DNA of 64,000 nt, taken from positions 4,933-68,932 of the forward strand of contig JAWKPC010000009.1 of NCBI GenBank assembly GCA_041390865.1. Reading direction: 5' to 3'. A program made the translations under genes and the position numbers. Below are positions 10,234-20,931 of this stretch, one piece after another; positions within the stretch are counted from its first letter, which is position 1, and each line of letters opens with the position of its first letter. The notes beneath the pieces were generated by a model that was not told the DNA's origin, did not search any database, and saw nothing but the letters and a program-made list of their open reading frames with translations. Source of the stretch: Thermomicrobiales bacterium. Its GTDB lineage: Bacteria; Chloroflexota; Chloroflexia; Thermomicrobiales; CFX8.

Positions 10234-10605
10234 ATGGCTGTATTGACCGATGAACATGGCGTCGCCCGGCTCTGCTACCTGACGACGACCGGACGCCGGA
10301 CCGGAAACGCGCACGAAATTGAGATGTGGTTCGCCCGGGATGGCGGCGACCGGATCTATATGCTCTCGGGCGGTGGCCGCGACAGCGACTGGGTGAGGAA
10401 CCTGCTGGCGACGCCGAAAGTTGCGGTGCGCATCGATGACGTTACTTTTCGGGGCACTGCCTCACCGATCAGCGGCCTTCCGGACGAACCGATTGCCCGT
10501 CGGCTGCTGGCTGCGAAGTACCAGGACTGGTCGGAGGGCGAACCGCTGAGTGACTGGGCGATGCAGTCGTTCCCGGTCGCCATCGATCTCGAAGGCAGCC
10601 TGTAG
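10234..10605 (+). CDS. DUF385 / deazaflavin-dependent nitroreductase-family protein
   Basis: 123 aa with ..CYLTTTGRRTGNAHEIEMWF..MLSGGGRDSDWVRNLLATPKVAVRI.., the family pattern. Confidence 0.7.
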   Translation: MAVLTDEHGVARLCYLTTTGRRTGNAHEIEMWFARDGGDRIYMLSGGGRDSDWVRNLLATPKVAVRIDDVTFRGTASPISGLPDEPIARRLLAAKYQDWSEGEPLSDWAMQSFPVAIDLEGSL

Positions 10606-10624
10606 CGAGTTGCCCGAGACAATC

Positions 10625-10660
10625 CCCTCCCTCGGGCCCAGAGGGCGTCGCGAGGGAGGG
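10625..10660. terminator. Hairpin between convergent genes
   Basis: CCCTCCCTCG (10625-10634) pairs with CGAGGGAGGG (10651-10660), followed by aTGTTTcg. It lies between the stops at 10605 (+) and 10682 (-). Confidence 0.5.
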
Positions 10661-10681
10661 ATGTTTCGTGTGGTGCTTGCT

Positions 10682-11671
10682 CTATTGCGAGGCGTCGAGG
10701 CCTTCGACGACGAGCTTGTAGCTGGCGGGGAACTCCTTGAGACGGCCCCGGCTGAACTCGACCGAGAACGGGATCGTTGCGCCGGGTTCGAGGGTTTCCG
10801 TCGTGACGAAGCTGTCGACGCTGATGACGTTCCCCGCCGCATCGTAGGCGGTCGCTCCAACCTGGACAAACCGTAGCGCCATGCCCGAGTCGTTGGTGAG
10901 GTTGCCGGTGACGTCCACGAAGTCGAAGCCGGTTTCCGGGCCGACGAGCGTGTCGCCGCTGATCGACAGGTTGCCGGTATAGGCAGCGACGATCTCGGGG
11001 CGGGTGAAGTTATAGCTGGCGACGATCTCCTCGCTGGCCCACTCGGTATAACCGCCTTCATCGAAGGTGACGAGAATCGAGAATCCGGCGATATCGCCCG
11101 GCTGCATGACCGTCTTTCCGACCGATTCGCTCTCGCCCCGGCCAACACGATTGCCGCCTCCGTCGAGCAGCGTCGCGCTGACCTCGACGCCGGTCGCAGC
11201 CACATCGCTTGTGTTCTGGACCTCGCCGAAGATAATCGCCGCGCCAGCTTCAGGGTTGCAGGTAGACGTGGGTCGAGATGATCTCGACTTCCGCCTTGAC
11301 CGGCTCTGGCGTTGCGCTGGGACCAGCTGATACCAGCGCCGAGGCCGATCTGCGCGTCGCCGGTGGCGCGACGCTGAGCGGTGTGGCCGTCGGAGCGTCG
11401 ACGTCGGTCGCGGTGTTCGCGTCGGTTGAACGATCATCCGTGACATCGTCGCTGTCGGCAGGGGCGCTGATTCGCTATTGCCGGAGCCTGTGACGCTGTC
11501 CTCCGGCTCGCTGGTTCCGCTGCCGCCGGCGTTCGAGCCGCCGATGCTGGCCGAAATCGATGATCCATCATCCGCTGTGCCATTGCCGGCATCGTTCGAG
11601 TCGCCCTCGTCTCCACCACAGGCGGTCAATATGAGCGTGAGGATCAGCAGAATACTGAAGAGAGCGCGCAT
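10682..11671 (-). CDS. lipoprotein with D/S/G-rich tether and two FxLYD-like beta-sandwich repeats
   Basis: Signal peptide with lipobox (LILTLILTACGG) and a C-terminal half with a repeated pattern (..FGEVQNTSDVAATGVEVSATLLDGGGN.. and ..VDVTGNLTNDSGMALRFVQVGATAYDAAGN..). The central segment, about 11270-11460, looks out of frame (see findings). Confidence 0.6.
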   Translation of the reverse strand: MRALFSILLILTLILTACGGDEGDSNDAGNGTADDGSSISASIGGSNAGGSGTSEPEDSVTGSGNSESAPLPTATMSRMIVQPTRTPRPTSTLRRPHRSASRHRRRADRPRRWYQLVPAQRQSRSRRKSRSSRPTSTCNPEAGAAIIFGEVQNTSDVAATGVEVSATLLDGGGNRVGRGESESVGKTVMQPGDIAGFSILVTFDEGGYTEWASEEIVASYNFTRPEIVAAYTGNLSISGDTLVGPETGFDFVDVTGNLTNDSGMALRFVQVGATAYDAAGNVISVDSFVTTETLEPGATIPFSVEFSRGRLKEFPASYKLVVEGLDASQ

Positions 11672-11748
11672 CCGGGCCTGCCGGGATAGTCCAATGCAAA
11701 ACAGGCCGTATCGTTACCGGCCATTCATCCTCAACCGTATCCGTGCGG

Positions 11749-12311
11749 TTAGCTTGAAACTACAGGCAGTTCGTACCGATTTTCCGGCGGCGCAGTGGCG
11801 TCTACCGTCTCCCAGCTCTTGTGGGTGAGAAATGCAACGTTGAGCGGGATGCCCGGCAGCAACTGGTCGGCGACTAGCCCCGCGGCGGATCCGAGCTGAT
11901 CCTCGACCAGCGCCCGGATCTGGTCATCGAGCTCGACCGCTCCATTGAAGACGGCGGTAATCCGGACCTCTCCCTGGTTGTCAGGCGGTGCGCCTTTGTC
12001 CGTCAGGACGAACATCGAGCTCGACCCATCATCGAACTCATAGATCCCGTATTGATCGAGAAATGGAATCGTGTAGCGATTGCTGACCGTGCCGGTGAGT
12101 CTGACTCGGCGCCGTCACCCTCGGATTCCCGCGCAGCTGAGCGATCGTCAGATCTTCCGAGCCTCTTCGCCATCGCCTCCGGCTAATCAGCACCCCGACA
12201 ATGACGACGACAATCAGCAGTGCGAAGGTGGCAACGATCAGGCCGGGCGACAGCCAGGATGGCCGCCGGAATCCATCCGGATCCGATACCTCGACCCACC
12301 CGTCCGCTCAT
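11749..12311 (-). pseudogene. single-pass membrane protein, hypothetical, at least 2 frameshifts
   Basis: ATG at 12309-12311. A TM helix (GLIVATFALLIVVVIVGVLI) is readable only after a frame change. A further change is needed to join ..LTGTVSNRYTIPFLDQYGIYEFDDGSSS to ORF 11749..12015 (MFVLTDKGAPPDNQGEVRI..). Confidence 0.4.
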
Positions 12312-12345
12312 GATTCGCTCATTACCTGAAATTGCAGTGTCTGGA

Positions 12346-14004
12346 TCACCACATCATCGACCAGCAATTCGACTGTACAGGGCTGGCCGCTCGCCAGGGG
12401 ATCGATATTCCTGGCGCGCATCGCTGGCACCGAGATGCCAGACTTGCCCGGACCGATCGAAGACCACTTCGGATGGAGGGCTGGTCGCTCGCAGCGTTCC
12501 GGTCGGGTCGTACCAGCGTCACAACGTGAATTCGAGATCGCGATCCTTGTATGATGATACGACGAAGGCGAACGCGATCGCCGTCTCGTCGGGCTGGAAC
12601 TGACGGCGGTATCGGTCGGGGCCTGATCTCTCGATCGTTCAGCGCGACCTCATGGGTCATCGTCGCTCTCGTAACCTGCAACGTTTCCGCCGCCGGGAGT
12701 GGCTGGAGAATGAGCGACACCTCGCTCCCGTCCTCGCCGACATCGACGTTCGGCAGGCTCGAAACTATCCATCGAAGTGCGTACGACATGTTCTCCTTCG
12801 GGTAGATCGGTGACGCGGCGTCGTGCCGACCGGTTGGCCGTTGATCGAGAGTTCCGGCTCCGGAGGGCAGGGCTCGTGACCGATATCTCGCTGGATGTGC
12901 GGCCGACGACCGCAGGTCGAGATATTCGCCGCGATCCAGGTACACGGTGACCAGTACGATGAACACGGTGAGCACCCTGCCGCGAACCAGCGCCCCCTGT
13001 TCGCTCATCCAGTGCCAGGGCATCAGCTTCCGCTTGAGCGGCGCTTCGATAACGGTCGCCGGCCTGCGCTTGTCACTGCCGGCACGTTGTCCGGGAGAGA
13101 GATGGACGCAGCGGTCACCAACCGCACGAGCGCCGCCGCGAATTCACCGGCTGTCGCATACCGGTCCTCGGGCGATTTCGCGAGCGCCTTTCCAACGACG
13201 GCGCTCATCTCGGCGGTAAGCTGCGGGTTGCGATCGTGGACGGGCAGCGGCGGTTCGCTGATGTGACCGAGCAGGACGGCATGGGGCGTGCGGTGGGGAA
13301 ACGGCGTCGTTCCAGTCAGCATCTCGTAGACGACCACGCCGAGGGCGTAGACGTCGGATTGGGCAGTGGCGGGGAATCCCTGGGCTTGTTCGGGAGACAT
13401 GTAGGCCGGGGTGCCAACCAGCATGCCCTGGCTCGTGACGTTGATATCCTCTGCCGCCTGGGCGATGCCGAAGTCGGTCAGCAGTACCCCGCCGTCGCTG
13501 TCGACCAGCATGTTCCCGGGCTTGATATCCCGGTGGATGATGCCGTTTTCGTGGGCGTAGTCGAGTGCGGACGCGATCTGGGTGATGTATCCGACGACGG
13601 TCTAAAACATCTGCTGGCGCCGCTACTGGCGACCTGGCGTAATGTGGAACCTTCAACGTATTTCATCGCCAGGAAATACGTCCGGCGTCCGGCCGGTCTC
13701 GTAGATCGTGATGATGTTGGGATGCCCAGGCGGCCGCGGCGCGCTGCTCCCGGAGTAAATCGCTCGACGAGTTCCCTGTCGCCGGCCAATTCGGGCAGCA
13801 GGATCTTTCAGGCGCTGACGCGGTCGAGCACGCTATGGCGGGCGACTAGACCCGGGCCATGCCTCCCCGGCCGACCTCATCCTCGATGATGTAATCCTGA
13901 ATTCGCTGCCCGCTGAGACTGGCCCGCGCGCGTGACCGAAGCCGCCGAACTTCCTGCCGGTAGATAGACCGTTCCTTCCTGGTTCGCTGCCCATAGCCTG
14001 ACAT
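12346..14004 (-). pseudogene. Hanks-type Ser/Thr protein kinase with TM and extracytoplasmic tail, heavily frame-disrupted
   Basis: Kinase motifs are split over several frames. The Gly-loop GRGGMARV is at the end of ORF 13846..14244, LAMKYVEGSTLRQ is in ORF 13478..13789, and YAHENGIIHRDIKPGNMLVD..DFGIA..GTPAYMSPE is in the frame of ORF 13023..13511. A TM-like VLTVFIVLVTVYL lies in ORF 12346..13023. Confidence 0.7.
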
Positions 14005-14048
14005 CGGGTCAACCGCCGGGAAAAGGGCCATCATGACTATTCGCGGCA

Positions 14049-16365
14049 TCATCGAGTTCCAATGACCCGGCAGACAAGTACGGGTTGATTCCGTGGCCCT
14101 GACCGTTGTGGTCCCAGCTCCTCGACCTCGAAATGGTCCCGACCCGTTCGTGGTCGAATCGCTGATCAGAACGTCGCCGACCTGGGCTTCGGCCTGTAGC
14201 CGGGCGGCGATGTTCACGGCATCGCCAATCGCGGTGTAGTTCATCAGCTCCGGCGTCCCGATGTTGCCGACGATCGCCTCCCCGGTGTTGATGCCGACTC
14301 CATAGCCGGTCGTCAGGATACCGTCCGATTCCTCGGATCATTTGCCGCAAGCCGCGCTGCATCCGGAGCCCGGCCCGACCGCGGCGATTTCGTGGCCGGG
14401 AGTTCCACCGGGGCGTTGAAGATTGCCATCATGCCGTCACCGAGGAATTGTCGAGCGTGCCGAGCTGGCGAAGATCTCGCGGCGTTGCCAGCGTCGGGCA
14501 CTGCTCCAGGACCTTGACGACCTCCTCCGTTGCTGGTTTTCCGACATCGTCGCAGCCACGGAGATCCAATCCGCGAAGAGAATTGTCACCTCCTGCCTGG
14601 CACCGCCAAGCTCGACGTCATCGGGATTCATCAGCAGCTGCTCGACGACGCCACGCGGAGCGAGGTAGCGGCCGAACAGACGCGGACGAAGTTGCCTGCG
14701 CCGGACTTCCGCCCGGCGCGCCTCTTCAAAGCCGGACAACCTTGGTCAGATCATTGATGAGTGAAGACGAACCCCTGGCTCTCCTGAGCACCACCGGCGC
14801 GCGGCAGTACCGCGACCCGGGCCGTGTAGAAACACCGCTCTTTCTCCCCCAGTTGCCGCTCCAGCCGCGGCCAACCATCATCGTCTGGTCGTCGTTCTCC
14901 GCCTGAACGCTGAGCGTCTGGAGCCGCCGCCGAGAACTGGCCGGAGATAACCGCATCGAGCGGCCGCCGGTCGCCTGTTCCAGGTCGATGCCGGTGAGCT
15001 GCTCGGCGGCCGGGTTCCAGGTTGTGACGATCCTCTGGCCGTCGACTGCAATCAGGGCAGACGACATCGAGCGGATGATCGATTGCCGGCCTGCTGGCGG
15101 CGGTCTCGGCGTGCACCGCGCGTTCTCGATCGCGGCCGCGGCTTGCCCTGCAAAGCTCGACATCAGCTCCAGACGTCGCGTCGAACACCCCGCGCTGGAT
15201 CGAGGAATCGAGATAGAGCGCGCCGATTTTCCGCCGTCGCGCCAGCAGCGGGACCGAGAGAATCGAGCGCAGCGAGAGCCCGACGATCGATTCGGCGGCG
15301 CTCAGGTCCGGGTCGTTCAGGGCGTCGCCGGTGATGAATGGTTCCTCTCGATGACATCCTGAACGATCGAGCGACTGAAGATGATCTCGTCGTTCGCCGG
15401 TTCGGATGCGTCTCGAAGCGGGTCAGCACGAACTGCCTGGCTTCGTCGAACATCGGCCGCCCCCGGTCGTCGCAGAGGATGACGGCGGCATGTTCTCCGC
15501 CCAGCAGGGCCAGGAGTTCCTGCATGACCGAGCTGATCGTGACATCGAGATCGAGCGACGCGCCCAGCGAGCGTCCCGCGCTCTGAAGTATCGCCAGCCG
15601 CTCTCCGGTCGATTCGTTTTCGACCGATGCTCCGGATGCGTGGACGACGACGACGCTGGCGCTATCGGAGTTGCCTCGTTGTCGGGCGAACTCGACCAGC
15701 CGTTCGGCGGGATCGGATTCGGCGGTGGAATCGAGTGCCGTCTTGATCTCGCCGGCGTCGATCTGTCGCGCCGCGCCGTCGCTGGCGAGCGTGATGTAGA
15801 CCTCGTCGGCGATTTCGTGGCTGAACATGTCGACTTTGATTTGCCGTTCGATACCCAGCGCCCGGGTCAGGACGTTTCTGCGAGGGTGATTCTCTGCCTC
15901 TTCCTTGGATAGCCGTCCCGCCGCTACTTCCCCGGCGACCCAGGTATGGTCATGGGTGATCTGTCTGATGTCGCCGCCGCTGGAGAGGTAACCGCGCGCC
16001 CGTCCAATATGCGCGACATGGGCGATGCCTTCGATGAGGGTAAGGGCGAGGATCGTTGCTCCGGATGTCGGAGCGCCATCCTCGCGAGTATCCCGCAGCA
16101 TGTGGTTGGCACGTTCGATTGCTGTCCGCAATCTGGCCTCGGGATTCGAGATGGCGCTGTTCCAGTAGTGTTCGATGACGATGCGCGCCGCCAGCCTGCT
16201 GGCATGGAGGGCGTCGTCACGCGGCCCGAAGCCATCGGCAATGACCCAGATCGAGCCTTTCTGGGCGCGTTCGAAGGGCGTCGTCGACTCCCGCGACTCG
16301 ACGGTGTCGAGCAACACCTCCTGGTTACGGCCCGGTAGACTCGCCTGCCATGCCTGATAGCCCAT
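14049..16365 (-). pseudogene. PP2C phosphatase - GAF - PAS - class III adenylyl/guanylyl cyclase multidomain protein, heavily frame-disrupted
   Basis: The PP2C part is intact in ORF 15163..16386 (..IWVIADGFGP..ITLASDGAARQI..). GAF follows (LDLDVTISSVMQELLALLGGEHAAVILCD). A PAS-like piece is in ORF 14726..15163 (LIAVDGQRIVTTWNPAAEQLTGI). Cyclase motifs are in three further frames: QEVTILFAD (14437..14739), FLGDGMMAIFNAP (14313..14501) and YTAIGDAVNIAARLQ (13846..14244). Confidence 0.7.
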
Positions 16366-16617
16366 CGCCGACACCGATATCAACACCCGCCCCGCTCGGT
16401 TTCGTTAGCCTCGAGGGAAGTATAAGGAGTGAATGAGATGATCGTTGCTTGATATGGCCGATAAGCGATCATTTCTACTGCGCCGGACGGCATGATGGAA
16501 TCTGCCCGGCGCATTCGACGGTCACCGGGCGTGTTGCGCGGGGATGGATTACAAGCGTTTCGAATGCCTGAGGTCGCCGTCGAGATTGCCGCACCAGCCA
16601 ACACTGAAATACCGGAA

Positions 16618-17064
16618 ATGGATGGGTCGATGGGTGAACCGACGTTGAAGGAACGCCTTGCGGCGCTGGCCGCATTCGTGCCGGTGTTCGAGGGCCCGGA
16701 TTTCGTTTTCGGTGAGTGGCAAGGGGCGGCGGGGCAGATGCCCTGGTTCCGCCTCTCGGACGATGCCAGGAGCTTTGTGTCAACCGCATCCCGGTTCGGG
16801 TGGGTCGTTCCAGGCTTCGATTGGCCGTCCTGGCAGCGGACAGAAGTGGCACGTCATCTGCTGAGCAATCCGCAGTCGATCGAAACAGCCACGGCGGAGG
16901 ACCTCGAACGCCTGCTGACCGTCCATGTCCGGCTGGATCGGTTTAGTGAAGGACACCTCGCCTCAGCCTTCGAGAGCGGCCAGCTTCCGGCTATAGCCCG
17001 CCGCGCCGCTGCGCTTCTGAAAGAATGCCGGGGTCTCGATGAGACAGCAAGCGGGTTACGGTAG
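16618..17064 (+). CDS. hypothetical protein
   Basis: Protein-like from MDGSMGEPTLKERLAALAAFVPVFEGPDF.. (ATG 16618). The upstream part of track ORF 16492..17064 looks non-coding. No family recognised. Confidence 0.55.
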   Translation: MDGSMGEPTLKERLAALAAFVPVFEGPDFVFGEWQGAAGQMPWFRLSDDARSFVSTASRFGWVVPGFDWPSWQRTEVARHLLSNPQSIETATAEDLERLLTVHVRLDRFSEGHLASAFESGQLPAIARRAAALLKECRGLDETASGLR

Positions 17065-18747
17065 CTGCAACCAGCCTTGCCGGCTGGTGACGCCCGGGGG
17101 CGGAAGGTCGGAGATCCAGGGGTAGCGGAAATAGGAATCGAAGATCGGCCGGAGGTCGGTCGCGCTGTGAGTCTGCCAGGTGCGGAGCATGTCGTAGGCT
17201 GTGACGATATCGAGCGCGAAATCATCGTAGATCTGCTGCATCGCGGCCCAGAAATCATCCCAGCCCATCGTCGCCAGGACGTCCATGTAGAAGCGCTGGC
17301 CCTGCTCGTAGATCGCGAAGTAGGTGCCGTTGCCGGTCTGGGGCAGCTCTTCCCAGCGCGAGTCGAGCGGGCAGCAGTAGCCGCCGCTGACCACCGGCGC
17401 GACTTCGGTGAAGTCCGTCGCCAATCCCCGCTCGAAGAACTCGGCCGCGCCCTCGTCGATCCAGCCTTCCTCGAGCGTCCTGGTGCCGATGATCCCGTAG
17501 AACCACATGTGAGCGACTTCGTGGTAGATCAGCCGGTCGAGCGGCTGATAGGCCGGGTTGATCCAGATGTGGTTGCCGTACTCGATGCCGCCCGGCATCG
17601 ACGGACCGGCGTCGGCGATCCGCAGCGTCGGCCAGGGATAGGGACCGAGCAGCACCGAGAGACGGTCGACGGCCTCGGCGGTTGTCGCGAGCACCTGTGA
17701 GCTGACGTCCGGCGAGATGCCGCCACGCCAGGCGTACTCGATCGTCACCCCGGTCGCCGAGACGGTCGACGCGAAGACGTAGCTCGGCGAGATCGCAAAG
17801 TCGAAGTCGCGGATATCCTTGCCATGCAACTGGTAGCGCACCCGGCCGTCGGGGAGTTGCTCGTTGCCGGTGACCTCGCCCGAGTGACTGAACTCCAGCC
17901 CGGGATCGAGATCGAGCGTCACATCGAAGGTGGCGACGCGGGTATAGGAGGGATCGAGTGTCAGGCTGAAGGGGTGGTCGTCCGAGATCTGCGGGAACCA
18001 GTAGCCGAGCCGGAGGACGTCGGCGTCTACCGCCAGATAGCCCCAGCCTTCGGGCTCTGGCCCGCCGACATCGAGGTGGAAGTCGATGCCGATCTCGAGC
18101 GGCGCGGCGACGTCCTCCGGCAGGTCGAGGACCATCGTCGCGCCGCCGTTGAGCCAGTCTGGCTCGGCCGGCGAACCATTCAGCGTCAGTTGTTCGAGCG
18201 TGAAGAAGCCGTAGCCGGCGGCCGGGATCTGGAAATAGAGTTGATCCGGCGGGTAGCTCCGGAAATCGCGGATCGTCACCGTCTCGCTGGCCTGCACGAA
18301 GCCGGTGGTCGTCGAGAGTTCGCTGATGTGGACGGCATAGTGCAGGTCGAGATCGGGCAATTCGACTCGTTGGTCGGAAGGCCGCTCATCCGGCAGCCAG
18401 GGCGTCGCGGCGACCGGGGCTTGCTGCGGTTCGGTCGATTGCGTTGGCGTCGGTTCGATGGCCGGCATAGCCGGGATGGTGGGAGATGGGGCCAGTGACG
18501 TCGCCACGCCGGTAGGTGCCGTCGGTGATATCCGGGTTTCCGCTGTAGGCGTCGGGGCAATTGATTCGATTTGATCAGCCTGCGGAACCTCTGACGGAGC
18601 CGCGGTAGCCGATATGGACGCGCCTTCGTGTTGCGTGGCGTCCGGATTCGCCTTCGAGGGACCGGTGCAGGCTACGACCAGCGGCAGGATCATGACAACC
18701 AGCGCAGCGATGCCCAGGCGTCTATACGATTTGTGGTGTCGTCGCAC
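17056..18747 (-). CDS. M1-like (gluzincin) zinc metallopeptidase lipoprotein
   Basis: Intact 563 aa with a lipobox (LPLVVAC), a P/T/A-rich tether and HExxH-x18-E (YHEVAHMWFYGIIGTRTLEEGWIDEGAAEF). Confidence 0.8.
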   Translation of the reverse strand: MRRHHKSYRRLGIAALVVMILPLVVACTGPSKANPDATQHEGASISATAAPSEVPQADQIESIAPTPTAETRISPTAPTGVATSLAPSPTIPAMPAIEPTPTQSTEPQQAPVAATPWLPDERPSDQRVELPDLDLHYAVHISELSTTTGFVQASETVTIRDFRSYPPDQLYFQIPAAGYGFFTLEQLTLNGSPAEPDWLNGGATMVLDLPEDVAAPLEIGIDFHLDVGGPEPEGWGYLAVDADVLRLGYWFPQISDDHPFSLTLDPSYTRVATFDVTLDLDPGLEFSHSGEVTGNEQLPDGRVRYQLHGKDIRDFDFAISPSYVFASTVSATGVTIEYAWRGGISPDVSSQVLATTAEAVDRLSVLLGPYPWPTLRIADAGPSMPGGIEYGNHIWINPAYQPLDRLIYHEVAHMWFYGIIGTRTLEEGWIDEGAAEFFERGLATDFTEVAPVVSGGYCCPLDSRWEELPQTGNGTYFAIYEQGQRFYMDVLATMGWDDFWAAMQQIYDDFALDIVTAYDMLRTWQTHSATDLRPIFDSYFRYPWISDLPPPGVTSRQGWLQLP

Positions 18748-18928
18748 GTCTGACCTGGCGATCCGTCATGTCCCGTCGTTCGCGAGCGTTACTTGATGAA
18801 ATGAGCGACGCCGTCGTCCGGTAACGCGAGAAGATATTGTGCGGGATTCAGTCACCGGAAGTGTAACAACGGGTTAGAGGCCTTCCGTGGTGGCGAAGCC
18901 CGTTGCCAGGCATCTGTGACGTCGCTTC

Positions 18929-19338
18929 TCATGCCGGATGCATCGTCTGCCGGAGCAGAAGCGTTGCCAGCCCGGTTTCGATGAGACCGATCGTGAAGTA
19001 CAGGATCTGGAGATTCCTCATAACTCCGGGATCGGACCCGACGAAGAGCACCTCGCCCAGGATCCATCCGATCATGATGCAGCCGGCCGCGCCTGCCCCG
19101 ACTGTTGCACGCTCCGACCTCCGGAGGAGTTCGGCGAGGGCCAGCAACTGACTGCCGCCAACGATGACGCCGAGAATCAAGGCCGGGATCGTGAAGCTGC
19201 CGAACGGCGAGCCGTCCAGGACGCTTGTTTCATCTGGAGCGTGTCGGTCAGGAGACCGATGGAACCGCCGATCGCGCTTACCCCGCCAAGTCCCAGGAAT
19301 CCGATCAATAGCCTTCTCTCGGCCCGATTACCATTCAT
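18929..19338 (-). pseudogene. small polytopic membrane protein, one frameshift
   Basis: ATG at 19336-19338 gives MNGNRAERRLLIGFLGLGGVSAIGGSIGLLTD... The continuation is ORF 18929..19180 (ILGVIVGGSQLLALAELL..) in another frame. Confidence 0.45.
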
Positions 19339-19359
19339 GACGAGCCTCTTTCCCAGCCG

Positions 19360-19770
19360 TCAGGATTTCGGCGTGGGGCGATCGCGCACTACGATTCGCT
19401 TTACGAGCAACGGCAGCATGAGGATCGAGATCGGGACGGCGCTCCAGGTCTGTCCTTTTCTGACGTCATAGGCGGCAAGCAGTTTCGACCAGGGTTCTCC
19501 GGCGACAAAGTGCCCGAAACCGAACTCGAAGGCGATCGTCGCCAACGACCAGCCAGCGCCGATGCCGAGAAGTGTTCTGTCCCGAACATCAGCGATGGAG
19601 TTTCGTAGCGACAGATAGGCACCGGCGAACAGGCCTGCAACACAGGTGACCGTGCTGATCTGGTGGGCCGTGCGTTCCCGAGGAAGGCCGTAGGTCGTGC
19701 CGCGGAGTATGCCGTTCAACACGCCGATCGCGGCGAGAAGTATCCACGTCACCGTCGCGCGGAGGATCAT
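19360..19770 (-). CDS. membrane protein, hypothetical
   Basis: MILRATVTWILLAAIGVLNG.. with four hydrophobic segments. The ATG at 19768-19770 abuts the stop of the upstream gene. Confidence 0.55.
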   Translation of the reverse strand: MILRATVTWILLAAIGVLNGILRGTTYGLPRERTAHQISTVTCVAGLFAGAYLSLRNSIADVRDRTLLGIGAGWSLATIAFEFGFGHFVAGEPWSKLLAAYDVRKGQTWSAVPISILMLPLLVKRIVVRDRPTPKS

Positions 19771-19771
19771 G

Positions 19772-20515
19772 TCAACCCGCTTTCGTATGGATCGGGATAG
19801 GCAATTCGACAGGCTGCTCGTTCCGGGATCGCTCATGCGCTTCGACCCTGCGGCGAATGCCCCGGAGCATCTGGCGGGTGTAGATGAAGTCGCCAAAGTC
19901 CGCGATGGGCAGCGCCAGCCGCATCCAGCCAGGAGCAGGCTTCCTGCCTTGCATCACGATGGCGCGAGTCCGGAGCAGGAGCCGGGTGGTGTCGTCGTCA
20001 ACCTCGTCCAGCACGAAGGCCCAGGAGAAGTCGAGATAGAGGCCCGGGTCGGCTGCCGAGAGGTCTGGCCAGATGCCGGTCGTCGGGTGCCGGCGGGAAT
20101 GGAGCACGAGCGACCGGTTCGGCTCGATCAATGCCACCCGGAAATGGGCCGTTCCGTTGATGCTGTCCGGAACGACGTCCCCAGCCGAGAGTTGCTGGAG
20201 TTCCGGCACGATCCGGTCGACGCTCGGATTGTCGATTCTCCAGACGATCCGGTCGAGGCGTTCCGAGAGATACCAGCCGCCACGGGTAATGCCCATCTGG
20301 ACGAGCCAGGGCCAGACATCCCGTGCAGGGGCGCGGATCGTGATGCCGTGCGTCGTTTCCCAGACAGGTTGAGGGATCAGATCGTCACCAGGCAGAGATG
20401 CGTCTACCTCCCGGGTCGTGGCGCCCCAGCGGCGTCCCAACTGCCGGTTGAGCAGCAACGCCACCCCGACAGCGGCGACACTTGCGGTGGCGAAAAGGGT
20501 AGTTCTCGTCGGCAT
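19772..20515 (-). CDS. SRPBCC/START-like superfamily protein (tentative)
   Basis: Intact 247 aa with an N-terminal TM/signal. The core ..HGITIRAPARDVWPWLVQMG..GGWY.. resembles the polyketide-cyclase/SRPBCC fold families. Confidence 0.5.
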   Translation of the reverse strand: MPTRTTLFATASVAAVGVALLLNRQLGRRWGATTREVDASLPGDDLIPQPVWETTHGITIRAPARDVWPWLVQMGITRGGWYLSERLDRIVWRIDNPSVDRIVPELQQLSAGDVVPDSINGTAHFRVALIEPNRSLVLHSRRHPTTGIWPDLSAADPGLYLDFSWAFVLDEVDDDTTRLLLRTRAIVMQGRKPAPGWMRLALPIADFGDFIYTRQMLRGIRRRVEAHERSRNEQPVELPIPIHTKAG

Positions 20516-20732
20516 CCTTCCCCTCCAATCGGTGGAGAGTGTCTGTCTCGTTGCCGCCGAACCCGGAGAAGGTTCAACGGCCGGCTACATCAGGATTGTC
20601 ATCCCATCCCCGCAACACAGATGCGAAGAATGACGGGGCCGAGTTACAGGTTCGTGCCAATTCGCCGTTCGGTGTTCTCCTCCTCTGGGCTCATCCCTCG
20701 ATAGCTTCTCTTAGCCTTGCGTCGAGTTCCCG

Positions 20733-20764
20733 ATAAGAATCCGCTAAGAACCCCTCGATACGAT
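20733..20764 (+). promoter_or_regulatory. Site A: tandem heptads at 11-bp spacing plus a -10-like hexamer (SARP-type promoter candidate) upstream of the LuxR-family gene
   Basis: ATAAGAA (20733-20739), tccg, CTAAGAA (20744-20750), an 8-nt spacer cccctcga, then TACGAT (20759-20764). An inverted CTTAG lies at 20710-20714. Confidence 0.4.
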
Positions 20765-20931
20765 GCGGTCATACGATCGTGAAACGTGCGAATGCCGCAT
20801 GGGTCGGCGCTGTACCGGCCGTGCATTCCAGTAGCCGCTCGGCCACTTGAGAACAAACCGGGCAGGTATGAGAACGAGCAGCGGTGGCGCTTCACGTTAT
20901 CGGATTCAATGCGCCAGGAGGGGGCAGAACG

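Noticed and set aside
13602-13604. In-frame TAG inside the kinase domain (..QQMF*TVVGYITQIASALDYAH..), considered as proof of a nonsense mutation and therefore of true pseudogenisation.
   Set aside because: The upstream sequence reads equally well in another frame (..APADVLD), which joins at this point after a 1-nt insertion. The TAG may simply lie in an out-of-frame stretch and is not decisive.
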